Of a DNA stretch of 33,838 nt, positions 30,893-33,838 are shown in pieces. Both the position numbers and the translations under genes were made by a program. The notes beneath the pieces are model-generated. The model saw only the letters and a program-made list of their open reading frames with translations, was not told where the DNA came from and made no database searches. This DNA comes from an uncultured Collinsella sp. Lineage in GTDB: Bacteria > Actinomycetota > Coriobacteriia > Coriobacteriales > Coriobacteriaceae. Within the stretch, counting starts at the first letter, position 1. Every line of letters starts with the position of its first letter. The stretch is from assembly GCA_937989795.1 (NCBI GenBank), contig CALKBB010000142.1, positions 1-33,838 of the forward strand, in the 5' to 3' direction.

Positions 30893-31786
30893 ATGGATAC
30901 GAGTTATTACAACCGCTTTGGTGCCGAGGAACTTACGCACCGCTTGTCGAGCGAGACCTTGTTGGCGCAGGGCCCCATGGGCAGTGTTCTGTTGAGTGAG
31001 TACGATGCCGCCGACATTCCACCGGCGTTTTGGAATCTGGCAGAGCCGCAGACCGTTTCTCGTATCCATCGCTTGTATGTCGCCGCCGGCGCGCAGGTGC
31101 TCATTACCAACACCTTTCAGGCATCAAGCTATGCCCTCAAGCACGACCAGATTGCGCCGTCCGTGGCGGAGGTCAATCGCGGGGCCGTCGACGATGCTCG
31201 CCAGGCGCACCCACAGCTGCTGCTGGGCTCGATGGGCCCGATTTGTATTGAGTGGTTTGCCGAGGACTCTGCCGAGTATCGTGAAATCCGAGGCATTGCG
31301 CGCGAACAAGCGCACGCCTTGCTCAATGCTGGTGTTGACGGTCTGCTGATCGAGACGGTGACGTCTATCCGTAATTTGCAGCCCATGCTTGCCGGCGCCC
31401 GAGATGCCGCCGACGGTATGCCTGTCCTGGTGAGTTTTGTCGTTGACGATAAAGGCGACCTGTTGGGCGATGGCCTCAACATCGAGGCAGCCGTTTTGTA
31501 CGCCGAAAAACACGGCGCAAACTCGGTTGGTGTTAATTGCTGTTCGCTTGCGGCCGCGAACGCGGCGGTGCCCAGGATGGTTGCATCGGCGACTACTCCC
31601 GTCACGGTGCGTCCCAATGCGGGAAATCCGGTTCAGACACAGGATGGTCCCGTGTGGCATGAGGACCCCGAAGCCTTCGCTCGCGCATGCGTCGAGTGGA
31701 AGCGGGCGGGCGCCGCAATGGTAGGCAGCTGCTGCGGAACCACGGCGGTTACGACAGCCGCTATGGCAGATGCGCTCAATATATAG
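30893..31786 (+). CDS. Homocysteine S-methyltransferase family protein (stand-alone Hcy-binding domain)
   Basis: HRLYVAAGAQVLITNTF, GSMGP, GVDGLLIET, and Zn-ligand motifs GVNC and GSCCGTT. Confidence 0.9.
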   Translation: MDTSYYNRFGAEELTHRLSSETLLAQGPMGSVLLSEYDAADIPPAFWNLAEPQTVSRIHRLYVAAGAQVLITNTFQASSYALKHDQIAPSVAEVNRGAVDDARQAHPQLLLGSMGPICIEWFAEDSAEYREIRGIAREQAHALLNAGVDGLLIETVTSIRNLQPMLAGARDAADGMPVLVSFVVDDKGDLLGDGLNIEAAVLYAEKHGANSVGVNCCSLAAANAAVPRMVASATTPVTVRPNAGNPVQTQDGPVWHEDPEAFARACVEWKRAGAAMVGSCCGTTAVTTAAMADALNI

Positions 31787-31811
31787 AACCCGAAAATGGG
31801 AGTATCGAATC

Positions 31812-31838
31812 ACCGCCCCCGCTGGGGCGGTTTTTTTT
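31812..31838 (+). terminator. Intrinsic terminator
   Basis: ACCGCCCC-cgct-GGGGCGGT followed by TTTTTTT. Confidence 0.85.
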
Positions 31839-31962
31839 GTTGTCGGTGCGCACCTCGACGCTTTTGCCTAAACGGTGAACGAGCGTGCCGGCGGCTTGCC
31901 GGATGCCCGTTGCGGGTATACCTCATGCGTACCATGATCCAAACACTGCGAGGTGTCTGCGC

Positions 31963-33363
31963 GTGTGCGCGATAATTCACTTTGGAACTGACGGTTGGCG
32001 AGCTCGCGTCGACGGAGACTTTACTATCAACAACGTCGCTCGTGTCACTGATGCTATCGGCAGGCTATGGCAAAAGACGAATCCCGGTAAAACGGTATAT
32101 GTAGGATTTGATACTCGGCCGCAAGCGCGCGAGTTCGCCGAGCTCGCGGCGGGCGTGATTGCCGCCCACGGGCTCGATGCCGTGCTCGTGTCTCGACCGG
32201 TGCCGACTCCCGCTCTAACGTGGGCGGCTGCGTATGACGGCGAGGCATGCGGCGCGCTTATGGTGACGGGCTCACATCATCCGCAGGGCTATCTATGCCT
32301 CAAGCTGCGGATGGGTGATGGCTCGACGGCCAACCAGGATGTCATCGAAGAGCTCGAGGAGACGATGGCCGCCGAGCCGCTGGGGCTTGAGGGGCAATAC
32401 CGCACGGCAGATATAATTCCCGACTATATGCGAGCGGTGGCATCGTTTGTCGACGCGGATGCCATTCGCGCCGCGCATATGCGTGTGGTGGTTGACCCCA
32501 TGGGCGGAGCTGCGCAGGGATATCTTGCCGACTTGCTTCGAGAGCTTGGCGTCGAAGTCCATGAGATTCACGCCGACGAGACGACCGATAGGGGAGATAT
32601 CTGCCCCGACCCGGTCGAGCCGTGGGTGGATGCTTGTGAGCGCGCAGTTGTCGAAGACGGGGCGTGCGCCGGTCTGGTGACTGATGGCGACGCCGATCGT
32701 ATCGGCGCGGTTGATGAGCGCGGCAGATATATACATCCACATCAGATTATGGCGCTCGTTTTGGGCGATTTGGTCCAGTATCGCAATCTGAAGGGACGTG
32801 TCGTCGTCAACCTTTCATGCTCCACGCTTGTGCGTCGCATTGCCGAGGCGCTCGGCTGCCGCGTGGTCATCAAGCCCGTCGGTTTTAAATATATAGCCGC
32901 CGAGATGAAGAAGGGCGGCGTTCTCGTGGGCGGTGAAGAGGCCGGTGGTATCGGTATCGCCGCGCACATGCCCGAGCGCGACGGCATCCTTGCCTGCCTG
33001 ATTTTGTGCGAGCTCATGGCCAAGACCGGCGCGCCCTTGGGCGTGCTTATCGATCAGCTCGAGGCGAGCTTTGGCAAGACGAGTTACGGACGTCGAGATT
33101 TGCGCCTTGAGGCCGAGGATGCCGAGACGTTGCGCACGCTGCTTCCCGGCGTGAATCCCAAGTCGATATGCGGCAAGGCGCCGCAGAGCGTAAGCCATAT
33201 GGACGGCTTGCGTCTGGCATTTGAGGATGACACCTGGCTGCTGATCCGTCCCAGCGGGACCGAACCGGTGGTGCGCGTGTACGCCGAGGGCTTTTCGGTG
33301 GAGGAGCGCGATGAGCTGCTAGATGCCGGCTGCGCTTTGGCCAGGGGCGCATATCGGCTATAG
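31963..33363 (+). CDS. Phosphoglucomutase/phosphomannomutase family protein
   Basis: FGTDGWR, TGSHHP (phospho-Ser), DGDADR, GGEEAGG, RPSGTEPVVRVYAE. GTG start after GAGGTG. Confidence 0.92.
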   Translation: MCAIIHFGTDGWRARVDGDFTINNVARVTDAIGRLWQKTNPGKTVYVGFDTRPQAREFAELAAGVIAAHGLDAVLVSRPVPTPALTWAAAYDGEACGALMVTGSHHPQGYLCLKLRMGDGSTANQDVIEELEETMAAEPLGLEGQYRTADIIPDYMRAVASFVDADAIRAAHMRVVVDPMGGAAQGYLADLLRELGVEVHEIHADETTDRGDICPDPVEPWVDACERAVVEDGACAGLVTDGDADRIGAVDERGRYIHPHQIMALVLGDLVQYRNLKGRVVVNLSCSTLVRRIAEALGCRVVIKPVGFKYIAAEMKKGGVLVGGEEAGGIGIAAHMPERDGILACLILCELMAKTGAPLGVLIDQLEASFGKTSYGRRDLRLEAEDAETLRTLLPGVNPKSICGKAPQSVSHMDGLRLAFEDDTWLLIRPSGTEPVVRVYAEGFSVEERDELLDAGCALARGAYRL

Positions 33364-33547
33364 CCAAGGGGCCACTCTATATAAAGATGTGCTCGGCAAG
33401 CGGTAGCTATCAACTGGCAAGCGTCAGTTGAGGGCACAGTTGTGTAGGAAATGTGTGCGCCCAGATTCCCGCCCCCGGGGCCCCTCGGGTCTGGCAATAT
33501 ATCTCCTTGCCGCGCGGCCCGGTCGGACCGGATGTACCGCGCAGGCG

Positions 33548-33561
33548 TGCACCTTGAGAAC
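33548..33561 (+). promoter_or_regulatory. boxA-like antitermination/processing sequence of the rrn leader
   Basis: TGCACCTTGAGAAC about 220 bp upstream of the 16S gene, resembling Gram-positive rrn boxA. Confidence 0.55.
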
Positions 33562-33769
33562 CGGATACTGCGAGGATGGACACACCAGATGTGTCGCATC
33601 CGGGCAGACATCGAACCATTTGAAATGGTCTAACTTGGATTTGTTTTTCGCAAGGCCGCCGAGAGGCGGCCCCGAGAAATTCCTTTTCCTATACTAAAAC
33701 CATATGAATCGAACGGAACCGATCAGCGATGAACTGAGAGGACCGGACGGGCTCGAAGCCCATTTATTT

Positions 33770-33838
33770 TGGACGGAGAGTTCGATCCTGGCTCAGGATG
33801 AACGCTGGCGGCGCGCCTAACACATGCAAGTCGAACGG
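33770..33838 (+). rRNA. rrs: 16S rRNA, 5' end only (truncated by window)
   Basis: AGAGTTCGATCCTGGCTCAGGATGAACGCTGGCGGCGCGCCTAACACATGCAAGTCGAACGG. Confidence 0.98.

Overview
GC-rich, mostly core-genome region from a coriobacterial actinomycete. It is probably Collinsella-like, inferred from the 16S 5' end AGAGTTCGATCCTGGCTCAGGATGAACGCTGGCGGCGCGCC and from gene content. Gene order: DUF151 (partial), two hypothetical genes, typA, two minus-strand membrane-protein genes, tRNA-Ser(CGA) and tRNA-Ser(GGA), rpsF-ssb-rpsR-rplI, dnaB, purA, purD, a NUDIX hydrolase, prmC, hicAB, tsaC, glpK, upp, a complete F1Fo ATP synthase operon, murA, an LCP protein, pepT, a DtxR/MntR regulator, a homocysteine S-methyltransferase domain protein, a PGM/PMM, and the start of a 16S rRNA gene. 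No integrase, transposase or CRISPR array is visible. The most unusual signals are non-coding. (i) A ~170-bp structured element occurs twice (13303-13470 and 28841-29010), with conserved loops and compensatory stem changes. (ii) A ~210-bp palindrome-rich element at the tRNA-Ser(CGA) 3' end carries both an inverted and a degenerate direct copy of the tRNA 3' end. Also notable are a ~120-aa acidic insertion in PrmC and a hicAB module with its own operator palindrome between prmC and tsaC.
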